Assembly: GCA_951406725.2 (NCBI GenBank)
Contig: OX597815.1
Coordinates: 22,630,001 to 22,694,000, forward strand
DNA: 64,000 nucleotides
Source of the DNA: Octopus vulgaris
Taxonomy: Eukaryota
Reading direction: 5' to 3'
A model generated the notes under the pieces. It was given only the letters and a program-made list of their open reading frames with translations, made no database searches and had not been told where the DNA came from. The position numbers were made by a program, and so were the translations under genes. Below, in pieces: positions 27,252 through 40,842 of this stretch. How positions within the stretch are numbered: the first letter of the stretch is position 1; each line of letters opens with the position of its first letter.

Positions 27252-27605
27252 TAGTCTATGTTTGACTTTTGCTTTACATTTGCACAAGCTGACTCCAAGT
27301 CTCACCCAGAGACCTCAAGAGACAACAAGTTGGAAGTTCATGTTGGTGTTATGGCTAGGGTGCCATATATTTGGTTTTGTACTTAGTGTTGTACTAGTGA
27401 ATGCCTAAAGAACCATACGAAAATGATGTTTGTTTTAAAACTTGAGGTTACATAGAAAGTATTTTGCGTAGGATATGAGCAGTTCCCATGAGCACTATCT
27501 TTTGAATTTCTGCCATTTTGAGGTTTCCTGGTATCTGAGTTAGGTAGCAATCAGCCCCTTTTGCTATCATTCCCAGGGCACCTATGACAACAGGTATTGT
27601 TTTAG
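27252..27605 (-). mobile_element. Dong/R4-like LINE 3' end in (TAA)n
   Basis: IPVVIGALGMIAKGAD..MGTAHILRKILSM* plus 3'UTR. Near-identical to 52922-53335. Confidence 0.88.
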
Positions 27606-27609
27606 CATT

Positions 27610-27694
<85 letters not shown>

Positions 27695-27728
27695 CATCAT
27701 CATTATCATTATTATCATTATTATTATT

Positions 27729-27760
<32 letters not shown>

Positions 27761-27761
27761 C

Positions 27762-27878
27762 ATTCAGTAGTTTTATTTTTATAGCGTGCTTTCACTTCAC
27801 TACCGAGCGCAGCTCTGTGTGCCTTGGGTATGTGCTGTGATTTGTTGTGATGCTCTGATGGTTATTGTATGGAAAGTG

Positions 27879-27880
<2 letters not shown>
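27762..27880 (-). mobile_element. short 5'-truncated retroelement 3' end between (TAA)n tracts
   Basis: KTLSIQ* followed by a UTR and a (TAA)n tail. Confidence 0.5.
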
Positions 27881-27936
<56 letters not shown>

Positions 27937-27951
27937 TATTATTATTATTAA

Positions 27952-29175
27952 AATTCTCAGCTTTGTTTTGCTATCTATGTTGGAAAGTGTCAACTGTCCA
28001 CAGCCACCAGACTAAGATGACACTTGTTTACTGATCATACTTCAAGAACTCAGCGGAGGACTCTTGCAGTCCCAAGCAAGGATGATTTTTTTGTAGATAT
28101 TTTATCATTACATGTAGGTAGTTGGTACTGAAAACGTCCAAGTACACCAAACATTATTGCTATCATGTCCACTTTCTTCATCGCCCACAACCAGCGTATT
28201 TTCCACTTCAATTCATCATAGTTATTCAATTTTTCTTCTTTCTCTCTGGTCCTGTTGTTACCAGGACATGTTATGTCAATTATCAAGCATGTTTTTTTTT
28301 CTTTTCTTTTCACTGCGTCAATGTCAGGTTTCCAATAGTAAATATGATGGTCACACTCAATCATTGCAACGCATAGGATTTTGCGATCCCATTTTCTCAG
28401 CAACTCCTTCCGGAATTTGGTCATACTACGTCTTTGATCCTTCTAAGCAATAATTTCCACTAATTTCCCAATGGACCATTCTTGCAACATTGTCATGTCG
28501 CCTTTGTAGTCACGCTGTGCCAATTTCGGGCATTCACTAACAATGTTCCACTCTGTTTCAACCTTCTTACCATGCATTCTGCATTTGTCGCTCTCAGTTG
28601 TTTTATCAATTCTGCACTTACACATAATTTATCTCCAATGCTTGTAATGAATCTAAAAAGAGGACAGGTGTAGTCCCTAGCAGGGAGAGAATTACCAAAT
28701 AGGGAAGTAATGAAACAAATTGAACAAGAAGGCTATAAGTACCATGGCATTTTAGAGTATGCCATGAAATCATGCAGAAGAGAATAAAAGAACAGCTGAA
28801 GAAAAGTATTCTCGAAGACTATGGTTGGTGTGGCGCTCAAAATTGACTGGATGGGATAAATTCCAAGCAATAGATGGGCGATAGCATCACTTAGGTATGG
28901 AGGTGGAAACATAGACTGGCAAAAAAAATGAACTGACGAGTATAGATACGAAGACACTGAAATTATTGACATTGCATGGAGCCTTTCATTCCAAGAGAGA
29001 GAGACACCAATCAGAAGAAAGAGTGAGGGAGGTTTAATCAATTGTGTTGAATCAGAGAAAAACTGTTTAGTGAGGTATGTGAAAAGTGCTGTGAAACTAT
29101 TACTGTGGCATGTGAGGATGTCAGGAATCATCAAAACTGATAATTGTGTGGTGAAAGAGAAATTTAAAGAGAAAA
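27952..29175 (-). mobile_element. Dong/R4-like LINE with an inverted 5' part
   Basis: Minus 27952-28630 encodes CCHC and RLE (KPDI..CLIIDITCPG..LLGTARVLR). Plus 28640-29175 encodes the RT C-terminus (GYKYHGILE..LRYGGG..LHGAFH). Confidence 0.85.
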
Positions 29176-29739
29176 AAAGCACAAAAAAGGAAATAGCAAG
29201 CGATTCAAGCGCAAAGACAGATACAGAAGTATCAAAATGGCATTGTCTTTGTCGTCCAGTCGTCCAAAATAGGACGATAGGAGATGGTTTTGAAGGTGAA
29301 ACCGTCCCTGTGGCAGTCATCTACTACTGCACACTACTTCAAACGTAGTAGTAATTAAAAATAGTTGCAGCAGTATCTGTAGCAACAACAACAGTAACAG
29401 CAATAACAATACCTGTAGCATAACATCTCAAAAGAAATTTACAAAATTACCAGTAGCAACAAGTCTTGTATTGCCACAACCACCTGCACCACAATCACCT
29501 CAGGCGGAAGCAATAAGAGTAGAGACAACAATGATACTAACAACATCAGTAACAGTAAAAAAAACAACAGAGCGAGCTTTTTTTTCTCTTTGGCCAAGGT
29601 CACAAACGTGTCCGATTTTATCTCACTATATATAGAAGAAACGTGAAACACATCAACAGAATAGAAAAGAGAAAAGTTACGCTTCAAAATAGCACAACAC
29701 CTTTTAGACTAACAAAAACAATTCTTTCTATATGGATAC

Positions 29740-32530
29740 CTATCGACGAAAAGGCACAACTTAGACCGTTATACCTTCAGACCATTTTTGTGGGACATGC
29801 CGATAAGTTCGGATACACCCAAGTTATTTTCCATTCGGAAACTCTAAGACGGAAGCACTCCACCATCCCATAAAGAAGTGAGAATTACACATTGTTACCG
29901 AGTTATCTAGAACGAAGAGTGATTAGAGCGAAAATTTCAAATATATTATCAGTAACAAACTATTCGTGGATAGTGAAATTTTGGAAGAACCTGGCACGAT
30001 GCTAAAAATAAAAAGATTCTGAAAAGACGACTGGGTAGAGGTGGAGTTGGTGATTTTCATTCAGGTGAAACTTGAGAAACAAGCATAATCCTGGATTTAA
30101 TACGGATCTTAGCGGGGTGGCAAATGCAGGTGGTAGTGGAAGGTAGGTCTCGATTCTACCACTGTGGAAATACTAATCGCCAGGAGGCATTGTACCCCTA
30201 ACAACGGCAGAAAATGGCAGCATGTAACCGCAGCAATAGTGATTGCTGCCTCAGCTACAGGATTTGAAATTGCATCGACAACAATAGCAGGAAGAATAAC
30301 AATAAGAGTGAAAACAACAGCAACAAAAGAGACACTATCCTCAAGAGTTACTACATCACCAGCAGCAACAGCAACTGATAGTCACTAAGCAACAGAAAAT
30401 GACGATGTCCGTGCAAGATATCCCCCTCCCCTACTAGGTACATATTGTGTGGCAAAGGAGTCGGTGAGAAACTTAAATGATAAAAAGTTACCAATCCAAA
30501 GAAAAGAAAATTAAACAAAAAGCATGGACACAAAAAAAAACTAGCAAAAACGAACAAATTGGGGATATGCTTTTAAGTAACGACGCACCAACCCCACCAG
30601 CAGCTACAACAGGATTATCAACACCATCAACCATCGCCACAACCACTACTATCACAGACACCACCTTACACGACAACGGTAGGATCATACACCCCAATAC
30701 GAACAAGAAAAAAATGCATCATAAATTACAAGGCTGTAAACGCGAGCAAAAAGAACTAATGCTTCACATATACCAACATAAAAACACTACACACAATAAC
30801 TACACTACATTATCACACCATATAAAAATCATTCTAATATCACAACACACATACAAAAATCTTTAAAAAATGAATACTGTAAAGGAGGTCACCTTGGATG
30901 CAGATTCCCCTTCTCAACGATCTCAGGTCACTAGATACACATGTGGCTATCAAGCGAGACCAGACATTCCGATCCACAAGCCTTCAAGCCCAACTTCGTC
31001 GGATACGAGATCTACTTTTCTTCAAATCGACCAGGATTGTCAGCGGAGCTGTTTTGTTGTTTGTAACGGGTTTGGATCTCACGATACGGACCAACTCCTT
31101 GGGTTCAGGAGATAAGATGGTGGTCTTGGATGTGAGACTAGGTGAAAGGAGGTGGAGAACAATAGCCTCAAAAATCTACTCAGATATTTCCAACAGGTAC
31201 CTATTGAATATTTGAATATATCAATTTGGACATGGAGAAACAACATCGGGTAACACAGATCGTATCGTGATAGAATATTCTGTAGGTCAGTAAAGAAGGA
31301 GAGCTAGGTTCTCCACATTTTAAAACTCGTCGGCTACCCAGCCTGCAAACTTGTGATCTGTATGATTGAACTAGATATGCCTAGTAGATAGAGACTTGAG
31401 TACTAGAAGCTGAACGAGATGCACACGCCGTGCAAATCTTTCAGAGATCGGATTAGTGAATTATGTAAGAGGACGTTGATGGGAACAATTGCCAACAGCA
31501 AGTAGGGGTTCGTCCTAAAAAGTACGGTAACAGAAGAATTGATAAGGTTTAGTAAGGTTTCAGCGATACGGAAAAATACAATAGAAAGAGAGAGACATAG
31601 CTAGAAACTGAAAGGTATCGCAAACGACGTGTCCGCGACAAAATTGGCACTCGACCAATTTTTTAACACGCAGCATGAAGACTACATTATCACAGCTAAG
31701 GCAAATGCTCTAAAACACGAGAGAACGAAAGCCGTTCGACGGGCCTGAATGGCACAGGTATGGCGTGGCAATAAAGCCACAATTAGGCATTTGACGGTCT
31801 ATAATGGGGTGCATATCGTAATGGGGTGCGTACAATTTTTCAACAGCCCTTTTGTCCACTGTTTGGGGCAAATAGCAGGTCGAAACGTAGGATGTATTCC
31901 AGTGCATAGTTCGACGATCTGCTGCGACTCTCGGTAAAAGAGGAGGAATATTTCGAAAAGTCTGTAACAGCCGCGAAAATAAGGGAAGCGGTGGCTGGTT
32001 GCACTGCTGGCAAATCGCCTGGTTTGGATGGTCTGTCGTACGAGCTTTACTTTTGTATACGAGACTTTCTGGAGCCCTCTTGACAGTGTTTACCGCAACT
32101 AGTAGCAGGGCGGGAGAATTCCCAGTTCTGCAAATCGTGGAACTGTCGCGCTGCTGAGGAAAGACTCACAAAAGACAGATCATAATGATAATTGTAACTC
32201 TGTTAAACTCAAATTTCAAAATATTGACCAGTGTGTTAACGAAGATGGTGGCACTGTCGCAGATGATCTGATTAGGGACGCGCAAACTGCGACCTCCACC
32301 TCATAGAGAAGGCGGCTAAGAAACTTGAAATAGATGGGTAACTAATCATTTTAGATCAACGAAAAGTTTTTCGAACATTAATACCTGGTGGCAGTCCTTA
32401 GGAGATGCGCGGAATGTAACGAAACTGTTATGCACGCACTCAATCCTAGCCCGAGCATTGCTGACTAATGGAATAATGTTGAGCAGCTGCAGTTTGATCC
32501 AATATTCTGACCACCATTCTTTGTATATTT
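29740..32530 (+). mobile_element. decayed L1/Tx1-clade LINE
   Basis: Knuckle-like segment at ~30150, APE-like LLNDLRSLD..VVLDV at 30900-31170, and RT GKSPGLDGLSYELY at ~32010-32050. Confidence 0.75.
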
Positions 32531-32919
32531 GCATACATACACACGCACGTACATATTCAGCTGTTATTCATTACCTTGTTTTCTTTTAATCGTCTGTCAT
32601 TATTCATCTGTTTTTAGTTTTTGTTTTGGGGATTTCCCTTTAGCGACACCAGTTACACATTGCACCAGGAATGCTTGGTTGGTATCGTCGAAGTGAAAAA
32701 AGTGTTTGTTTTTTTTTAAGTTTTTAAAAAATTTGAAACAAAAAGGCGTTTTTTTATTACTGCCTGTCGCAGAGATGTGAAATTTCGCTACTACTCGTTA
32801 ATTTCAAATTAAACTTACCAGAGACGAGATTCTTCCTTAAAGAGTCTTTGATATATAAACACATGAAAAAACACACACACATGTAATTATATACATACAC
32901 ACACACTCACACACACACT

Positions 32920-32960
<41 letters not shown>

Positions 32961-32962
32961 TT

Positions 32963-32994
32963 AAGGCGGCGAGCTGGCAGAAACGTTAGCACGC

Positions 32995-33064
<70 letters not shown>

Positions 33065-33356
33065 TATATATATATATTAAGTATATTACGCTATGGGGTC
33101 GATATAATACTTATATATTTATGGCGGTCCTTGTTTGTCCCCTCTATGTTTAGCCCCTTGTGGGTAATAAAGAAATAGGTAGTTCGTCTGACGTTACGTT
33201 CTGAGTTCAAATTCCGCCGAGGTAGACTTTGCCTTTCATCCTTTCAGGGTCGATAAATGAAGTACCAATTTCGTACTGGGGTCGATGTAATCGACTTAAT
33301 CCGTTTGTCTGTCCTTGATTGTCCCCTCTATTTTTAGCCCCTTGTGGATAGTAAAG

Positions 33357-33360
<4 letters not shown>
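32963..33360 (+). mobile_element. Nin-domain-like SINE interrupted by (TA)n and a partial duplication
   Basis: Head AAGGCGGCGAGCTGGCAGAAACG and core at ~33220-33270. Confidence 0.8.
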
Positions 33361-33402
<42 letters not shown>

Positions 33403-33987
33403 GAATATAAATACATATACACACATGCAGGGAAACATAAAGAAGTACATAAAGAAAAAGAAACCAATATTAAATTGGTGGCGGCCTCGGTTGACAAATA
33501 TAAACTTTGCAGGCATACGGGCTTAGTCAGATTTTGTATGAAAGACGAGTGAGTACTTAACCGCGTATGAGAATTTTCCTTCTGCTACAGCCACAGCTTA
33601 GATGATGAACATGGGAGAGGAAAGACCCAATGGGGCTTGGCAATATTACAATTGTACGGGTCATATCCTCGAATATTTCCGCGAATAATAAACTACTGTA
33701 ACTGTGTATGCATATGTGTGTGCGTGTGTATGTGCATGTGTGTACAAACACATACGTATAAATACATATGCCTATACATCTATATGTGTGTGTGTCTATA
33801 TATATACACACACATATTGTACGTATAGAGGTAGACAGACATATTGATAGATAGATATACGTAGACGGTCTTTTAATGATCTTTTATGTTCTTATATTAT
33901 ATTCATAGTATATAATATCACATTATATTATATATAAATTATTAGATTGTCAATTGAATCTCTCTGTTAATCTATTGTTTATCCCAC

Positions 33988-34042
<55 letters not shown>

Positions 34043-34121
34043 CATGCATACATATATCCATGTTTATCCATATTTATATATATATATATATATATAAATA
34101 AGCACGCATGCATATATCCAT

Positions 34122-34173
<52 letters not shown>

Positions 34174-34295
34174 GCACGCATACATATATCCATGTATGTA
34201 TATATATATATATATAAATGTATGTATATCCATGTTTATATATATATTTATATATATATGTATATATGTGTGTGTGTGTATGTATGTATGTATTA

Positions 34296-34519
34296 TTCTT
34301 TTACTTGTCATTTGACTGCGGCCATGCTGATGCACCGCCTCTTTGGTCGAAGAAATCGACCCCAGGACTTATTCTTTGTAAGCCTTGTACTTATTCTATC
34401 GGGTTTCTTTTGCCGAACTGCACTGCTAGCTAACGCAGACATAAATACAGCAATATCGGTTACAAGTGATGCTGGAGGGACAAACACACACATACACACA
34501 CACAAATACACACACACAT

Positions 34520-34590
<71 letters not shown>

Positions 34591-34659
34591 TACGACGGGC
34601 TTCTCTTCAGTTTCCGTCTCCCAAATTCACTCATAAGGCTTAGTAGAAGACACTTGCCC

Positions 34660-34755
<96 letters not shown>

Positions 34756-34975
34756 CAAGTAGATGCAGGCACAGGCGTGGCTGTATGGTAAGACGTTTGC
34801 TTCCCTACTGCACGGTTCCGGATTCAGTCCTACTGCGTGACACCTTGGATAAATCTTCTACAATAGCCCCGGGCCAACTAAAGCCATGCAAGGAGATTAT
34901 GGAGACGCAATTTGAGAACAGTCATATATATGTATGTGTGTGTGTACATAAAAGTGAGTGCGTGTGTGTGTGTAT

Positions 34976-35009
<34 letters not shown>

Positions 35010-35228
35010 ATAAAAGTGAGTGCGTTCGTGTGTGTATAAGTGTGTGTGTTTGTCTCCCACCAGCGCTTGACCACTGGAGTTGATTAGTTTACTTTCCTGT
35101 AACTTAGCTGTTCAGCAAAAGAGACTGAAACAATGAGCACCAGGCTTAATATATTTAGTACTGAGGTCGATTCCTTCAAGGCGGGTCTGTAGCATGGCTG
35201 CAGTACAAAAACTAAGACAAGATAAAAG
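34296..35228. mobile_element. two OK-type SINEs in inverted orientation around (GATA)n
   Basis: Minus copy at 34296-34661 and a diverged plus copy at 34766-35228. Confidence 0.8.
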
Positions 35229-35230
35229 AT

Positions 35231-35319
<89 letters not shown>

Positions 35320-35351
35320 CACACACATACACACACACATTAAATCTTGTG

Positions 35352-35697
35352 GGAGGCATGTGACTTAGTGGTTAACGTGTTGCACCCATGACCGTGAGGT
35401 TGCGGTTTGGATTCCTAAACCGGGTGATGTGTTGTTTTGAGAAAAAACACTTCATTTCACATTGCAGCGTGGAAGGTGTTTGTAAGCCATTTAAGAAACA
35501 CACAAAAAACCGTTCGATTCACTTCAACATTTAAGTTTAATTTGTCAAAATATTTTCGTCGCTAAAATCCGCGACCTGTTCACTGACAAAAATCCTACTC
35601 ATTCCACTCACCTGGCAAAAAAAATGAGTAATACTGCGACGGATTGGCGTCCCGTCCAAAGGGGAATATGTAGGCTACAAAACCCGAGAAACCGGTT
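35352..35697 (+). mobile_element. OR/CORE-type SINE containing a ~130-bp insert
   Basis: Head GGAGGCATGTGACTTAGTGGTT. The insert at ~35463-35595 is homologous to 8990-9117. Confidence 0.75.
35541..35590 (-). ncRNA. minimal hammerhead, G3:C8 variant (intact helices)
   Basis: TTTGTCA-GTGAACA-G-GTCGC-GGATTTTA-GCGAC-GAA-AATATT-T-TGACAAA. Confidence 0.7.
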
Positions 35698-35855
35698 GTT
35701 TATTTTTGTTTTGTTTTTGTATTTTTTTTTTTTTTTTTTTTTTTTATGTATCAGTTTCGACCGGGGCTGGCCTGTTCACAACAGTCGTACAGAGCCCTGC
35801 ACAATGCTCTGAGTAGACTGTCAACATTTAATGTGTCTGTGTGTGTGTGTATGCG

Positions 35856-35891
<36 letters not shown>

Positions 35892-36065
35892 TCTCACATA
35901 CATACTAACAAATGTGTTGAGTTCTATATCAGATGATTTGGGGAACTACGTAAAATAAGCATTTAATATATTTTATAACCCCCGCTGCTCTAACAATACC
36001 TCAAGTCGCAATGCACGAAATACTCTGTCCATGAGTCACTTTGTAACTTCGGCCGATTAAGTAGC

Positions 36066-36150
<85 letters not shown>

Positions 36151-36202
36151 CTTGTTTTCAGTTTTATTTTCTTATTTCGAATTACAAAACCTATATATAT
36201 AA

Positions 36203-36748
<546 letters not shown>

Positions 36749-37611
36749 GTTTTCTTCTTCCTTCAATTTCATGTCCATTACTTGCTGTGCTAGAACTTCG
36801 GTATCCTTGTAAAGCTCGATGAAGCGCATTATTCTACCTTTGTATATCGATTCTAGTACTTGTGCGTCTGTGAGGAAGAGAGAGAAAGGAGGAGAGAGGG
36901 AGAGAGGGAGAGAGGGAGAGAGAGAAAGAGAGGGTGGAAGAGAGTGAGAGAGGAGTGAGAGAGCATGTGTGTGTGTGTGGTGCGTGTCTCGCCCTCGAAA
37001 ACCATCTGAGAGTGATTGCTATTTAATACTCTTATCCCTTATTATATTACCCAACAGCACCTTTATCTCTCCTACTTCTTCCACGTGTAACTATTTCGTC
37101 CATGATGACGAAAACATCAAATAGCTGTTATATCACCAATTTTTTTCAAAACATACATTGTTTCCGCTGAGTGTGTACACAGATTCAAATGGAAAGTTCC
37201 ATAAAGTGAGAACCGAACTCGTGTTCGGATGTGGACGAGATGTGGTGCAGCTGCGATAAGGCATGTAAGAGGAGAAGCAGAAGAGTGATATGGGAGATTG
37301 GGGTAGTTATAAATAACCGAACTGCCAACCGACGGCCTAAAAGTTCCATGACTGAGAGAGGAAAAGGCAACATTATTATGACTGCTTGTCATTGACAGAG
37401 GAAAGCAGACTTGAACCGATAAACATGCATGTTTGTCAGTTACCTTAGCAACGGCAAGTACACGAAACTGGAATGGGAAATATCCTGTAAACGGACTGTC
37501 ACACACGCACCTTTGAATATACGCATACGTACACCGACCGACACACAGACACAGAAACAGACAAAATACAAACGAGTTCTGATATGCGCTTCGTTATATA
37601 GGACCATACAA

Positions 37612-37698
<87 letters not shown>

Positions 37699-37703
37699 TA
37701 TAC

Positions 37704-37757
<54 letters not shown>

Positions 37758-38192
37758 CGTTATATAATTAGGGTTTAGTAAAATAAATTACTTTGAAGCC
37801 CTAATTATATAACGTAATATTTTGAATACGCCTTAAATGGTCCTTTTACATACTGAACACTACTTGGTGAAATTAATTAATAACTAATTGATTTTACCCT
37901 TAATTATTGATATATATATATATATATATACACACACATATATATAAAATTATTAAGGTGGTTATTCGCAATTTGGAACCAAAAGGCAACAAGTATAGTC
38001 GTCACTAAAGTGACGGAGAGTGGTAGTAACCAGCAGCATTGCTAGAAATAAGAGTCAAAACAACTCTTAGCCTCGTGGGACCACTTTTCTAACGACTGAC
38101 AAGGGACATATATATGTATATATTTACACCCATCTTGTCCACCCACATTTCTACTTACTACTTATATAAGCATACATAAAATGAAGGTACAT

Positions 38193-38600
38193 AGGCGCAG
38201 GAGTGGCTGTGTGGTAAGTAGCCTGTCTACCAACCACATGGTTCCGGGTTCAGTCCTTGGGCAAGTGTCTTCTACTATAGCCTCGGGCCGACCAAAGCCT
38301 TGTGAGTAGATTTATAAGACGGTAACTGAAAGAAGCCCGTCGTATATATGTATATATATATGTATATGTATGCGTGTGTGTGTTTGTGTGTCTGTGTTTG
38401 TCCCCCTAGCATTGCTTGACAACCAATGCTGGTGTGTTTGTGTCCCCGTCACTTAGCGGTTCGGCAAAATAGACCGATAGAATAAGTACTGGGCTTACAA
38501 TAGAATAAGTTCCGGGGTCGAGTTGCTCGATTAAAGGCGGTGCTCCAGCATGGCCGCAGTCAAATGACTGAAACAAGTAAAAAAAAGAAAAGAGTAAAGA
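38193..38600 (+). mobile_element. OK-type SINE
   Basis: AGGCGCAGGAGTGGCTGTGTGGTAAG head, full body and tail. Confidence 0.92.
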
Positions 38601-39104
38601 GTACTTTGGTTTTTGTATTTCTTAACTTGACCGAAAGTGAGTTTTCTATCATCGACTCATTATTATACTACATGTATTTATAATATCAATGCTATCCCTT
38701 GATTATGGTAAGATATTTTACTCAGACCAACGAGGTAACGTCCTACATCATGAGCATTAACAAGAAAGTTGTTTTTCTTTTTTTTTAATTTTTCTCTCGA
38801 GGACCATTTATGTCAACGGGTCTGATGATTAAGCTAGCGAGCGTATGTGCGTGTGTATACTTCAATGCAGAGGATAAGTTGTGACGTTGGTGCCTTGTCT
38901 TGTCTTTTGCGTCGGATTGTATCAATAATACCAATATTATGACAAGTAGTAGTATTTGCTACTCCACCGATAATAATGATTTCCAGCTTTGGCACAAAGC
39001 CACACAATTTGTTGGAAAGTAACAGAGTCGAATCTATCAGGAACAACAAACAGTACATTACTGGTATTAACCAAGCTTGCATCTCTGCCGCATAACTACT
39101 TATA

Positions 39105-39143
<39 letters not shown>

Positions 39144-39876
39144 TACTACTACTACTACTACTTCTACTACTATTACTACGACCACCACTACTACTATTAT
39201 TAATTCTACTACTACTATTACAACTACTGTTGCATGTAGTAGTAGTAGTAGTAGTAGGAGGAGGAGGAGGAGGAGGAGGAGGAGGAGGAGGAGGAGGAAC
39301 AAACGGATGATAATGACAACATTTAGTACTCCTAGCAAAATTCCACTATTTTTCTTCCCCCCCCCCATGGTTAAACGAAATACATTTTACAACTAAGAAA
39401 TCAAAAATATATCCCCCTACCGGATTCGCCCACAACTTTCTGGGGGGTACCACGGCGTCCGAGAGACTTTCTATTACTGATGCCTAAACAAGAATTAAGA
39501 ACGCTTATAATAAACAACTTTTTTTTTCTAGAATTCCCACTCCACACCACTTCTCGCAACCCAGTAACGAAGACGCGGACAAATGTGATGAAGAAGACAG
39601 AGAGAAGGGAATAATATAACATTCCATTCTTTGAGCTTTTTTTTTTTAGTTTTTTTTTATTTAGTATGTGCGTAATTCCATTCATAGATTCCATTCATGA
39701 TGAACCAACCGTACACACTCCTTGAACACCCACCCACACGAGCGCATGTCTGTAGAATTACATACAAATTTACGCACACACACACACACACACACATGTG
39801 TGTATGCAGTTATATATACATACATACATACATATATACAAACATACATACATACATACATACATACATACATACA

Positions 39877-39908
<32 letters not shown>

Positions 39909-40214
39909 CAGTTTGACAAAATTACTTTTCGGTTTAACAAAGTTATAAATTTATCCTCATATAAATATATACACATATATGCATACATGCTTACATGTAT
40001 GTGTGTGTGTATGTTAATATATATAAATGTTTATATACACATACAATACGTGCGCAGACACACACACATACACACACGCGCATATACATATATATATATA
40101 AACATTCATATATACATATACAGGTATAGGTATAACACACAAACATACATATATACATACAAGGCTGTATATATATATATATATATATATATGTTTGTAC
40201 ATAGCGTTTATGTG

Positions 40215-40397
40215 TTTCAGTCTGTTGACTCTGGCCATGCTATAGCACCACCTTGTAAGGGTTTTAGCCGAACAAGTCGACCCTTATACTTAATTTATTA
40301 AAGCCTGTTACTTATTATATCAAACACTTTTGCCGAACCGCTAGGCTACGGAAACGTAAACACACCACACCGGTTGTCAAGTGGTGGTAGGGAAAAC

Positions 40398-40446
<49 letters not shown>

Positions 40447-40602
40447 TATATATATATATATAATATATATATATATATATACGACGGGCGTCTTTCAGTT
40501 TCAGTCTACCAAATCCACTCACAAAGGCTATAGTCCGAAGCTATAGTGTCACACTGTGGGACTGAACTTGGAACCATGTAGTTGGGAAGCCACATCTGCG
40601 CC
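40215..40602 (-). mobile_element. diverged OK-type SINE
   Basis: Recognisable body and head. Confidence 0.75.
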
Positions 40603-40725
40603 TATATGTATATAAAGTGGAAGACATTTTCCCATGGTCTTGGCAGTGGGACTGAACCCGAAACTATATATTTGCGAACCGAGCTCTTTTAACCACACTA
40701 CCATACCATCGCCGGTCTCTTTCTA

Positions 40726-40766
<41 letters not shown>

Positions 40767-40805
40767 ATATAGATATAGATAGGTGTGTGCATGCGTGTGT
40801 GTTTA

Positions 40806-40842
<37 letters not shown>

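Noticed and set aside
33060-33180. Apparent novel TA/SINE hybrid sequence
   Set aside because: It looks like a blend of (TA)n and a SINE tail, likely a consensus or assembly error.
37439-37452. RFX X-box-like GTTACCTTAGCAAC
   Set aside because: It is a single imperfect match with no supporting evidence.
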